NCBI RefSeq assembly: GCF_037042905.1
Contig: NC_087246.1
Location: 620,001 to 684,000, forward strand
Length of the DNA: 64,000 nucleotides
Reading direction: 5' to 3'
Origin: Lytechinus pictus
Taxonomy: Eukaryota
Of the stretch, positions 1 to 12,800 are shown piece by piece. The first letter of the stretch is position 1. The number at the start of each line of letters is the position of its first letter. The notes under the pieces are model-generated. The model saw nothing but the letters and a program-made list of their open reading frames with translations. It searched no databases and was not told the DNA's origin. The translations under genes and the position numbers were made by a program.

Positions 1-48
1 AGTAGTACAGTAGCAGTAGTAGTAGTGGTAGTAGTAGTAGTAGTAGTT

Positions 49-129
<81 letters not shown>

Positions 130-160
130 TAGTAGTAGTAGTAGTATAGTAGTAGTAGTA
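1..160. repeat. (AGT)n microsatellite
   Basis: Direct reading: about 50 AGT units with few interruptions. Confidence 0.97.
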
Positions 161-2251
161 TAAAATATGGTATTTTACCCCGGTATTTTACACATGAAAT
201 GCTGAATTAAATTAAATTTACGTAGATATAATAATTCAAATTTCATTACTCATTTTATTTGTAGAGTGAAGCAATAACTTTTTTCTTTTTTGGGGGGCGG
301 TGGGTTCCTAACGTAAATTATGTTTTGTATTGTTTATTGTGTAAACATATGGGATAAGGAAAGGGCTTTCACTAGCCTAGCTATAGGTTGAAAAAGCGAC
401 GATATACTAGTCTGCTGGGCAAACCCTTCGCTCGAGTTAAGGGTCTGAATGTGCAGCCTACTCATGCCTTTTGTACTGAACCTACTGACTAGCCATCTCG
501 CTCAGGCAGTTTTGCATGTGCTAGTCTTTGCATAGAGGCACACTTGTTGATCAAAGTTCCAATCAGGGTCTGTGCCTGCAGACTACACCGTTAAATACAC
601 CGCATTCATAATCTACAGAGTCTATTAAATTTAACAAGAGTAATTATTTCAAAATGAAAAATAATGTACCTTCGTCACGAAGACACATTTCTTCAAACTA
701 AATTTCTTTAAAAATATTGAAACAAAATGGATTGAATATGGTAGATACGAAAGCCAGGCAATATATTTCTAACAGTTTTACTGTCATCATGAAAGAGAGG
801 GGTTTTTTTTCCTCTCATTTGCTTTATGACAGTTTTTTTTTTTAAAGAAATGTAACACCACTGCATCTAGGGTTTATTTTTGTTTATCACTTCTAAATCA
901 ATTATACTAGAGGATTGTTATTATAACAGTATAACAGTATACTGACTGACTCAGCAAATTTCCATCTAATAGATATTATTCCCTGTGTTTTTTTTAGACT
1001 CTCCCTATCATCATACCCAAGTTTCCCAGCTATTAGCTAGAAGTATTATTTCCATATTAAAAGCATGTTTTATACAATCAAATACAGTGGATAACCCACA
1101 TTCAGCGTGACCGGCACAGTCACGCTTGTCTTCCGTGGGGTCCAAAAACATTTGAAATTAATATAAGTGACACACAATAAAACCAGATTAAAATAACAGA
1201 TTCTAAACAAACAAGTACAGAAGATAAATGGAAACAGTGATGAACATAAAGAGTTAAAAAAATAAGTATCAACAGAAAACATATTTACATAAAAGACAGC
1301 AAATGGATAAAAAACGAAGGGGTGCAAACCTATAATAGGGAAAGGGGAAACCGGAATCCATGTGCTAGATTAGATTTGAAAATGTTGGTATATAATTGAT
1401 AATTAATTATATTAATGTAAGGAGGAAGGGAGTTATAAGCCATGGCGCTTTTATACTTGAAGGATCTTTTGAGGTAATTTGTTCTTGGTTTGGGTAATTT
1501 AAATTGGGTTCCAACACGGGAGGGATACTTATGTGATACTAACTCAAATTCATTTCTTACATATTTTGAGGATAGATTATTTATGATCTTATACATGAGA
1601 ATGATCGTTTCTTCTTTTGTCCAACAATTGACAATTAAGAGTATTATGCATTTCCAAAATCAAGATTCGGGTTTATGCTAGTGTATAATACGGCCTGCCC
1701 TATTTTGTAGTTTTTGAAAGCGGTCTGTGTATATGATCCACCGTAAACAACATCACCATAATCAAAGTAGGGGAGGATCAATATTAATTTCAGAATCGAT
1801 TCACTTAAGGATCGCTGCAATCTTCCAAAAAAGCCGACTAATTGACCTATTTTTTGCAACATGTTGTCTGCATGCAAATTAAAATTCAAATAATCATCAA
1901 CTATGATGCCTGGGTATTTGACATGATGAACTTGTTCTAATAGGGTATTTTTTACATGAATTACATTTTGTTTGGAAATCATATTCTTGCTTCCAATGAG
2001 CATACAGACCGGTTTTTGACAGTTAACACTTAACTTGTTCTGGCACATCCATTGGTACATCTAGGGGTGTGAAAAATATAAAACAGTGTCATCCTCATAC
2101 AATTGGATATGACATGTCTTAATACATTTCACTAAGTGACATATAATATAAAGAGCAGTGACCCCAGGAGTGATCCTTGGGGCACACCACAATTAATAAC
2201 TGATTCATAAGAGAGTTCCAAATAAACCAGAGTCGTACAGACCCGGTTTGA

Positions 2252-2935
2252 CATTTATTTATTTATTTATTTATTTTGTTTTATTTATTTTATACTGCAG
2301 GGTAGGCCTGTTCAGTTCTTAAAACTGCTTTACAAAGGCGCCCTGCAGTTTAAAATACATGTCAAGATAACTATGAACAACAACATCAACAAACAACATC
2401 AAAAATACAAAATACAAAATATCTAACATCAGAAACAATTAATACCAAAATATAAAGTGGGAAGTGACAATTTAAACATACATAGCATTGTAAATCAATG
2501 GAATATCATTTCGCTCTTTATCAATTCGTATGAAAGGCTTTGCATAATTTTTTTAAAACTAACAAGGAGGTACAAACTTGTAAATTTGAAGGAAGTGCAT
2601 TAAATAATTTGGGTCCGACATATGCGAAAGATTTTCTTTTATGTTCAATTCATGTAGCTTCAATTCAATTTCAAGTCAGTATTTATTTCCAAATTCATTA
2701 AGAACAAAATGAGAACAAAAGTATATATACACAAAGAAAATATAAATAACATATTAACAAAGCAAAGGTATCAACAGAACATAACTGAAACAAATAGAGG
2801 TGATGATAAAATTATGGTTGGCACATAATTATAAAAATATAGATGACCAAAATAATGAATGGAAATTGGGCATGCACAAGAAAAGCTTCGAAACAATAAG
2901 GATGGTGCACCAGAAATACTTAAGTTTTTCATTTT
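2252..2935 (-). mobile_element. Probably two 5'-truncated LINE 3' ends inserted in the RT region of the older LINE
   Basis: (TTTA)n tail at about 2254-2290 and (TTCAA)n tail at about 2659-2675. An ORF2 C-terminal remnant (SFAYVGPKLFNALP) lies at about 2590-2635. The block separates the DLKKAFD and GVPQG motifs of the host element. Confidence 0.55.
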
Positions 2936-3003
2936 TTTCATAACAATATCACAATTAACGGTGTCGAATGCTTTTTTTAAGTCGATGAAGACGGTCCCAA
3001 ATG

Positions 3004-4190
3004 TTTTTTTTTTATTAATTATTTTTTATTTACAACTTCAACTCATATACAAATTAAAATACATATAACAAATAAAAGTTTGATGTCTTTCCAAATTGAT
3101 GAATATCTTGACAACTCATAAATCCAACACTATTTTTTTTTCCTTAAGTGATACAATGAAACACAATATCAGATATCTTCCCATACATAATTATATATAA
3201 CATTGATGATAGTAACATGCATTAAGAATGAACTTCTACAACAAATTCAACATATTCAATTTTTCCGAGTGTCAAATATTAACATAGAAAGGAGATTTTT
3301 CAAATACACAAAAAATAAATCATTAATAAAACCTAAACGAATTGAAGCCATCAGCACTTTAAAAAACAAAAAAACAACCTACGCCTCGTCCGCTTCACTC
3401 AGATAATTTCTATCCCAACAACAAGCTCAGCCCTGGACCCTACCTCCCCCCCCCCCCCGACCCTCCCTAAAGCACACCCATCCCATATCCGGCGGAGAAC
3501 TGGCTTTGGGTTCCAATTAATGGTCTAATATTTACATGATTTAAGTTTTCCCGTTTAGAGAAATAGATTGTAAGAGTCCCCCTCTTTGTTGTCAACTTCT
3601 TTTCTTCTCTTTGATCCCCTCTAATACTATTTTTTATTTCATTCAATGAAGGATTTTTTTTTATTCTGTTTTTTTTTTAAATAAGATATTTAACTAAAAT
3701 AAAAAAAATATTGATTAATTGATATTTACATTTACTTCTCTCCTCCTTCCCGAAAAGAATTTCCTGCCAACTAAATCTATTTATTTCAAAATTTAAATTA
3801 CTTGCACACAGATCCCAAAGTGATTTGGAAAATTCACAAGTATAAAATAGATAGTTCATACGTTTCTTGTTCCTTTTCACAAAATGAGCATAAATTGGTT
3901 GAAACAAGACCAAAATGTAAAATGTGGTGGTTAATGTGTATAATAGTATGCAAGAGTTTATACTGAAACTCCCATAATCGACTATTCATTGTGCAATATC
4001 TTAGTCTTAAAATATACTTTCTATTTCCTTATTGGTAAGATCATAATCAGTTCTAACTCTGACGAAAATAGAGGGTTTTATTTTATTTTTATACAGCAGC
4101 TGTTCTTATATTTCTTTTGAATAAAAAATAAATAGATTAGTTGTTTTCTTACCCAAATGTAATGTTCCAGATCGATTGAATTAAACCAGT
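3004..4190 (-). mobile_element. 5'-truncated Tx1/L1-like LINE 3' fragment nested in the CR1/L2-like element
   Basis: FQYKLLHTI (about 3943-3970) and YLFYTCEFSKSLW...ILFG...ILVKYLI (3677-3913) resemble the zf-RVT/C-terminal region of L1/Tx1 ORF2. T-rich tail at about 3004-3030. Confidence 0.6.
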
Positions 4191-4811
4191 CATGGATTAC
4201 CCCCGGGGATTACCTTTAGGAGAATATGGCCGAGTGCCGTGGCCAAAAACCGGATTGGGCAGATGTCAAACTATCATTCTTTCGCAAACAATCTAAAACT
4301 TGCAATAGGATAACCCTTTCCAATAGTTTAGATACGCAGGGCATAATTGAGATGGGCCTGTAATTCGAAGGAGAATTTTTATCGCCACCTTTGTGAATTG
4401 GGATAACCTTGGCTTTTTTCCATTGTTGCGGAAATATACCACTTGACAAAGATAAATTAATCAATATTCATTGATATCTTCATAGAGCATGCCTTTAAAA
4501 CAAAGACAGATATATAATCAACACCGACAGACTTATAGTGTTTTTAAGATTTCTGATGATTTTCAAAACATCATGTTCGTTCACCTGATTAAATGCAAAA
4601 GTCTCATTTATATAACTATCATTTTCTGTATGGGGTTTCATATCGGGTATTTCACCTGCTCCTTACATTTGCAAAGTAAGTGTTGATTGTTGAATAGGTT
4701 AGCAGTTTCAATACTACAATCCGAGTGAGACGAAACTGTAGGTATTTCACTTTTTTTTTCTCGGAATAATGGACTTTAAGTTTTTCCAAGTCTGTTTTGG
4801 GTTTACCTTAA

Positions 4812-5394
4812 AGGAGAATGAAACCCTTGAAACCAGCTGAATCCATATCAAAGAGAAAAATCAAAGAAACATATTGTTGAAAGTTTGAGGAAGATTGAAT
4901 GAATAATAAGAAAGTTATGAGCATTCGAATATTGAGATCACTAGTGCCATGTAGATCCTCCCAACGGCAATGCGACCAAGATCTGTGATATCACACACGT
5001 ACAACTCCCTCATTACTTTAGTACTTATTTCACTTATATTCTCACTTTTATAGAGTCTATCACAAGGTGAGGTGTTCTCTTTATGAGATGACAAGTACAG
5101 AGGTTTCACAACATTATATCATTGATGAATCGTTTGTCATATGATTAGAATGAGCAAAAAGAGATGTTTGGGGGTATATTTTCAGTGTCCAAATGGGAGA
5201 GTTGTACGTGTGTGACATCACAGATCTTGGTCGCATTGCCAATAGAAGGATCTCCATAGCATTAGTGATCTCGACATTCAAATGCTCATAACTCTTTTAT
5301 TGCTAGTCCTATTTTACTCAAAGTTTTGTTGATCTTATTCTTTGATTTTTCTGCTTTCACAAAAGCTAACTTGCTCCAAGAGTTTCATTCTCCT
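4812..5394. mobile_element. TTAA-flanked MITE with AGG...CCT ends (Kolobok-type), nested in the LINE
   Basis: TTAA|AGGAGAATGAAAC ... GTTTCATTCTCCT|TTAA, plus long internal inverted repeats. Confidence 0.8.
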
Positions 5395-6884
5395 TTAAAT
5401 TTGTTAAATTCATGGCAGAGTAATACCGTTTCTTTGATTTCCGAATCTTTATTACCTTATTTCGTAATATTCTGTACTCGCGCATAGGTTTGTTATCTTT
5501 CAGTTTGCAAGCTTTTTTTTAAGTTTGTCATGTCTTTCACGAGTTTATAAATATTTGAATTCATCCAAGGGGAACCCTTTGTACTTATTCGTTTGAACGA
5601 TTTGGCATGTGTTTGTCAACAACTTGTATAAACATGATTTGCCATAATTCGACAGCATCATCAACTGAATTACATTGATCTATACTTTCCCAATTCTGGT
5701 TACGAATATCATTTCTAAAGTCATCACTATATATTGAGCTTGCTGCAACCTCTGAAAGTAATAAATTTGGGCTGAGCACAAATCTTAGAGTTCCAGGTCA
5801 GGAAGCTAATCGAATGGTCACTCATTCCGTTATGAATTACACCATGATTCACAACGTTTTGGGGTGTTGTTTGTTAATAAATGATCAATTAGTGTGCAGA
5901 AACATTTGTGATTCTTGTTGCTTCTTTGGTATTGACTTGAACCAGAGAATTATTTATATAATGCTTGATAAGGGTTTAGGTAAGATATCACAGTTTACGT
6001 CACCTGCTATAACTATGTCACAATTCATCGAGTCAATAACGCTAAGAAATCTTTCATACAAATTAAAAAATCCAATATCTGATGAAGATGGTGGTCTTTA
6101 CCAAGTTGATACGATGAGAAGTTTTGAAAACTTGATATAAATCTTGATAACAAGTGTTTCTAAATCATCAAGGATTTCATGAATTATTTTTTTTAATGTA
6201 ATGTTTTGTGGAGATAAAGGCCCCAACACCCTTTCGAACTCTGTCTGTACGAATCAAATTATAATCGTCAATCATGATTTTTCTATCATAGATAGATTCA
6301 TCTATTCTGGTTTCATTAACTGCGAATACCTGAACCTTGCTAGTCTTAACAATTGTTCTCACTTCTTCCATGTGTCTCATTAGGCTGTTAATCTTTAAAT
6401 GGGCAATCTTAATTCCATTTCCACGTAATTCTTGGTAGTATAAACCATGTATACTAGCAATGTTTTGGTTGGTAGTATTTGTACTGACATTAAATGACTC
6501 TGGGATAGTGATATTTTCCGATTCTTTATAGAAGGGCATGTCTTTAAAAATACAAATGTTGCATTGCCAACTGAAAAAAAGTTATCTGACTTGTCATTGT
6601 AGATCTCTTTAGGAAAACCAGCACAAATGATATGTAGCCATTGGTTGCATTTAGTACACTGAACTCCAACGAAACCGGGATGGACAGTGCATGGGAAATA
6701 TAAATAAATTCATAATTTTTATAATTACAGAAACTCTTCGATCGCAAATCCATTTATTGAACTGCTACGCAATTAACATTCGAACGATTCTTTATTGATG
6801 TCACTGTGTTCTAAAACATATAAACCAGATTAGACTTCGGCTTATCATCAATCTGATAAAAATTTCTATCAACACAAATTTACT

Positions 6885-9800
6885 TTATCGTGCAGGTTTA
6901 TAAAATCCATGTCCTTTCATCTCTAGTAGTTTGAGTAGTCGTTCTTTCAGATGTTCTCTCTCATTGTACATCGGAAGATGAAGCACAACATAACCATGAC
7001 ATGTATTGACTTCAGGACACATATCCTTGGGATGTTGCCCTCTACAATCTTTTTCTACTCCCATAGGCCATATCCTAGCTCCTATCTCCTGGAATCCTCC
7101 AAGGGGAACATGGTTTGCACCCGTGATCACTCCTGAAAACAAGTCACATTTTGTTGGTTATTTATAATAAAGTTGGGTCTTCTCGATGATATTGACGTAA
7201 TTGAATATTTGGATTAATATTTCAGAATAATTTTTCTTGTTTCAATCTCTTCTAGGATAAGAATATTCGAAAAACTTTTTTTTCAAATTAAAATTTCTTT
7301 AACAATATTTCTGTGAGACTCATACATGTAAATGCAAGTTAGCATAATGTAGGCATACACTGTTTAAAAAATCCCCTGATTTTACCAAAAAAAAGAAGAT
7401 TTTGCAGAAAGCAATAACAGAATCATTCTGTAAATTCATTAAACATGATTTTTCTGCAATTTAACAGAACAGGGGCACGTTGCATAAAACTTTTACCTGA
7501 GAAAACTCAGGTTGTTTTTACCGGAGATTTTGCCCTGTGTTAAAGTCAATGGCAGAAATCAGACTAACCTTAGTTTTCAGTTTTTACCAGAGTTTTCTCA
7601 GGTAAAAAGTTTTCTGCAACAGGCCCAAGGTCTGTTTAAAAGGCGAAAAGGGTGTTTTATCTAAGGAAATTTGTAAGGTTACATACACTAAATACCAATT
7701 TCCTGTAATTTTACATGATATAATGTAAGATTACGCAATCTGGTAAGATTACAGGTGTTCTCGAGACTCTGCTGCATGAACTTATTTTCAAACAGTGTAT
7801 TGAGTGGACCCCGATATGCTCTGGGGGACAAAACCTAGGCAATAGTTGAAATGTGTCTCGCCGGCCCCCTTTCGCATACGACAATAAAAAAAAGTTATTT
7901 GGCCACAAGAGAAACTTGTAAGCACAGTTTCGAAATTGGGAGTATGTAAGGGGTAATTGCTAATATAGAACTGGCTGTAAAAAGAAAACAACATCAACCA
8001 TTATTTTTTAGCTAGTTTTAGACAGAACTGACTGACACCTTTTATATCTTTGGGCTCGAAAAATCCGGATGGTTTTTCTTTTTCACGACTATCTATATTT
8101 CCTCTGAAGTATTTTTGTATGTTTGAGAAAAATTGATAAAAATAATGACAATAGTTCCTCTGCTACAACAAATAGGCTAAAGGCTCCAGAAATTTCTGAA
8201 ATATTACCCCGCGTATGATAGGAAAGGCACATTAGAATGAGAAAGGGGAAATAATCCCGAAAAGATATAACGTTTCTTTACCTCGGGATGTTGATAATGA
8301 GAATGGAATGACTTTTAAGGGATTAATGTATAAGATATTGATTAAACTCACTTAGAAAGTCTTGTTTTTGATCGTTGGTAAGATCACCATGAAATACCGA
8401 CCAAAACATCTTCACCACACGATGATCTGAGGTGAAACCATTCTCATATCTAAAGCTCTAAAATGTGATATTAGGAAAGAAAAAAAAAGAAAACAATAAT
8501 TACAAATATTATCATTATCAAACTTTTCTATAAACGTTAACTCAAGAAATTTCTAACTCTAGAAATCGCCATGTCTACCAACGCAGCTTCGCTTCGGCTT
8601 TACGGGGTAACACTAGGGCCCCGTCTTACAAAGAGTTGCGATTGATCCGATCAATCACAACTATGGAAGGCCAGCAACGTCAACATTTATTATTCATGTT
8701 TGTTCAAATTATTTTCCAACTATATGATGTATATTCATGCATTCATTGTTTTTTTTTTAATTCACTGTGCTTCTCTTTGTTAACAAAGGACATTGTGCCA
8801 ATTTCCTGTAGAAAAAAATTATGACACTGATGGATTTCCATAGAGTTACAATTGGTTGGATCAATTGAAACTCTTTGTAAGACGGGCCCTGATCGACACA
8901 AATAAGTGTTAAACCAGGGACGTGAGAGGGAGCACGTCCCTGGTTAAACCGGTATCGGTTTTGATTCTTAACTGATGTTGTTTCAACATTTCTTTTATTT
9001 TCTTACGTTGATTTAAAAGTGGAATAATAGAATTAAACTCACACGTTGGAAAGCCTTCCAATCATATTGACCACCTTGGAATAAAGCCATAAGCTCCTGT
9101 GGTATGAAGACCTGATCAACGGCAAACTGACTGAGCATGCTCCTGAAACATTCACTGAATGCATCGAATTGGGATGATGATGTGTAGTATCTGGCATATA
9201 GCTCGATGTACTCTCCACTATAGGGTTGGAAAAAAGAGATTCTTTCGTTTCGGTTTCCAAACATACATGATAAATAATGATAAAATTTTAGATAATTTAA
9301 AAAAATGAAGTCAATGGAGTGATTCATTACGACTTATATATTAAACGTACCACGAATCGGGAATGTTTCATTTGGTTTGACATAATTCGATTGAAAATAT
9401 TCATGATATATTGAAAAAACATACAATTCATCAATATTCTACACGAGATATCCAGTAAACGAATGTTCTGAATGAAATGAAGTTGTAATGCCACGGTCAC
9501 GTGACAGACTCCAGACCAACCGAAGCTATCAACTTATTTCCATTGACATGCAACCCCAAAAAATTGAGTTCCCCCCTCCAACTTGCCCCCATATTTAAAA
9601 AAATCCTGCAGCCACCACTGACAGCATGGACAGTCGTTCGATTAGTGTGACTGTATTGTAAAACAAAGGAACTTAAAAATGAAGCGGAAATTGATCACAA
9701 AGTTTATCAAATATTTCTGGGGGGATGATCAGAAAAAAATTTCATTTTATTCGTGGAACGTTTTGGCAAAAGACGATTCTTGTTGGCAAGAAATTTATCG

Positions 9801-12800
9801 TTGTAGCTTGGGAAAAATGACAAGAAAAATAAAAGGACGTAACAAAATAATATAAAAAAGCGAAAACAAGACCCACAAACAAGTGAATAGGTACTTGATG
9901 ATTGGAAATAGAATTCATACCATCAATGCAGATGAAATATTCCCTACTCGAGATTTCATCATTGCCATGCAAACACTTTGAAATCAACCCTAAAAGATTA
10001 TTCACATATTTACTGGAATATACAGACAGTAATAATCATTGCAGTGTACACTACTATCGCAATAATGGGCCAAATATGGGGTATGGGGCAATATTTCTAC
10101 AAATTTGCGACCCAGCAAAGATTTCGACCTTTTCAGTACCTAAATCGAATTTTGAGGTATATAAATTTTCGCGTAATATTACACCGAGAAAGATCTCGTC
10201 TGTCACCTTTTCTTTTTCCTTTTCTTTTTCTCTTCTTTTTTTTTCATTGGACATAAAACTTTTGGGGCCCATGGCTCCCAAGTCTCCCATCTGTACACCG
10301 TTGGTATACACCTTATTATTTAATTGGGAGCCTATACATGTATGTAAATCCAAACAGCTCCGTGTCTATAATAGCACTATTTTTAAGAAAAGATCTAGAT
10401 TCTAGAACATCGCTTTTCTAGAATATACTTAATAATTTTAAGTGATTCAACAACTACAACAAAAACATAACGAATTTATTTTTATATAATTTCATTATGA
10501 AGGCTGAAATGCGAAATTATAGCATCATTACACACTCACACATTCGCAGCGGTCACCACCTCGTCCTTGCCTCCAGGTCTGAGTTCGATCACCGGTTCGT
10601 TCTCAGGTCCGTCTACCGTGAAACTGAAATCGGAAAGGTCATCGTCACTCATTTTTAGCAAGGTTCCCAAGCTCTTTGCAATGTCAGGATCAAGTAGTTC
10701 AAGATCTTCAAAACTGGATCGGCTGAAAATTGGTACGAATATTGAAACATTAACGATGCAAAAACACCAGTGTTGATTTAACACCAGCCCGGTATCTACA
10801 CTCTTCAAAAAAAGTTCTTGGACACTTAGAAAACTTAAAATATTTCATATAGATATTTGATTAAAGGCAAATTATTGTATGTCAACATGACCAGACAATA
10901 TTCCTCTTCCAGTATGACATGACATTTTCATGTTAACAGTCATGCATGGGCGGTTTAATGCTTTAAATAATCGCAATGTCAGTAAAAGAAAATTGCAAGA
11001 AATGGATCAGTCAGTGCATGGCTGGTTACAGGTATTAAACAATAGCAATGTCAGTAAAAGAAAATTGCAATAAAACGATCAGTCAATCTCTCAGTTGTGA
11101 AAGTTTATGTGGCATAAATATCCATTAAATGATAAAAGCAAACGTAAAGTCAAATACCACTCTAAAAGAGAAGAGAAAGTTATCCACCTTGGATGCATCA
11201 CTATTCCACTGGAATTTTAAGTCAAAGTTAGTCGATGAAAAAAATGTCAAATTTCAGTATTTTGGCATAAGCAAAAGAAAATTCAATATCTCGTTTGTCC
11301 ACCCTGGACAGCACATCGACGTCGCATGCTTGTCACAGCAAATTTGCTTTGGGGTGATTTTGTCCCATTCTTCAGGAGATAACGCCGGACATCTTGAAAA
11401 GTGTCTCCTGGTTGAATTCTTTCATTGACCGATTTTCCTAGCTGATCCCACAAGTGTTCAATCGGGTTAATGTCTGGTGAACAAGCGGGCCATGGATCCA
11501 AGCGCTGAACATTGTGGTCACCCAGAAATCTTTGGACAATGTTCGCTCGATGGGGACAACCCCCTGTTGAAATTGTTGAATGTATGCCTACAAGATGGCC
11601 ATGATCATTAGCTTTAGAAAGGTCCATTTCTTGCAATTTTCTTTTACTGACATTTCTATTGTTTAAAGCATTTAACCGCTCATGCATGTCATGTCATACT
11701 GGAAGAGGAATATTGTCTGGTCATGTTGACATACAATAATTTGCCTTTAATCAAATATCTATATGGAATATTTTAAGTTTTCTAAGTATCCAAGAACTTT
11801 TTTTGCCGAGTGTATATCGGTCCACACCAGAGAAGCGTTGAAACAACCATGAACGGGAATCCCAGGGAACAACACCAGCTAAAGCCCCCATCACACTTAT
11901 TCCGAATCAAGCAGAATTGGCCTGAATGAAAGGACTATTGTTTGACCACCAGTTGGTCATTTAAATCTACTTCGAACACCGTTCGAAAATATCCCTCGAA
12001 TGTTTTGAACATGACCAAAACCTTCGGGACGGCCAAAAGAAATGACAAAAATATTTCGAATGCACTCAGAATGCAGTCAGGATATTTAGAATGCCCCTAG
12101 AATGTCCAAGAACGTAGCACGAATTATCAATCTGACTCCATTGCGGTTCATTTTGACTATTGTATGATGATACACGTGCTCAATTTACTGAATTTCAACT
12201 CCAGTTTGGTGAATTCATAAGTTCCTCCCAAAAATTTCTAGATTTTTTGAATATTTTTTTTCCAGCTTCTGCTTGATTCCTGCTGATTCCGAATAAGTGT
12301 GATGGGGGCTTAAGAATCAAATCGATTTTAGTTTACCACTAATTGATGTTGCTTAAATTCCAAATTGGTGTTAGCCTAACGCCAAACCGGTGTTGTTTCA
12401 ACACCTCTCTGGTGTGGACCGATAACAAGGTGTGTGTTGCTCTGTTAGGCAAGCACAATTCCAAAGAATTTGCGAGACTTTGTAACTTACTGAATTTACC
12501 AATCTCTACAGTAGAAAGGGCTTTGAATGCATTGAACTTAGGCGGCAAAATTATTAACCGTGAACCACTACCTGAACTAGTGTTATGTGATCTCAGAGAT
12601 AGAACGAGTCAATAGGCGGTGCTGCACCATCCCGAGTTTGCTCAATCTCGAGATTTTAGCCCGATCAGCCCTCTTCGCGATTAATCTCGAGATTCATGAA
12701 ACCCCGTCTGCACCATCCCACGAGGAGCTATATCTGCTCGAGCGAGGCAACAAGCCCGATATTCCGGGCATGCGCACTTTCGGATCTTGGAGTTTCAACG

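Larger units (their letters stand above)
1070..6540 (-). mobile_element. Decayed CR1/L2-like non-LTR retrotransposon (APE + RT), fragmented by nested insertions
   Basis: Collinear minus-strand fragments: APE N-terminus KIAHLKINSL..FAVNETRID (6177-6539); WKKAKVIPIHKGGD..NYRPISIMP (4216-4464); TVFIDLKKAFDTV (about 2950-2998); GVPQGSLLG (about 2162-2190); LYEDDT (about 2085-2103); LPYFDYGDVVY (1644-2060); KRSFKYKSAMAYNSLP (1330-1596); then a 3' UTR. Multiple stops and frameshifts. Confidence 0.85.

Noticed and set aside
370..590. Short CTAGTCT...CAG(A/C)CTAC units as a structured array
   Set aside because: Only 2-3 degenerate units are present, too weak to define. Probably tiny repeat relics.
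1330..6539. Active reverse transcriptase or a retron-like system
   Set aside because: The ORF is fragmented and frameshifted, the catalytic motif reads YEDD, and it carries nested insertions. It is a dead LINE.
9742..10405. 167-aa and overlapping ORFs in a HECT intron
   Set aside because: No motifs and partly low complexity. The flanking HECT exons join in phase without them.
11283..11687. Functional transposase gene
   Set aside because: Only the C-terminal part of the DDE domain remains, and the ORF begins inside the TIR.
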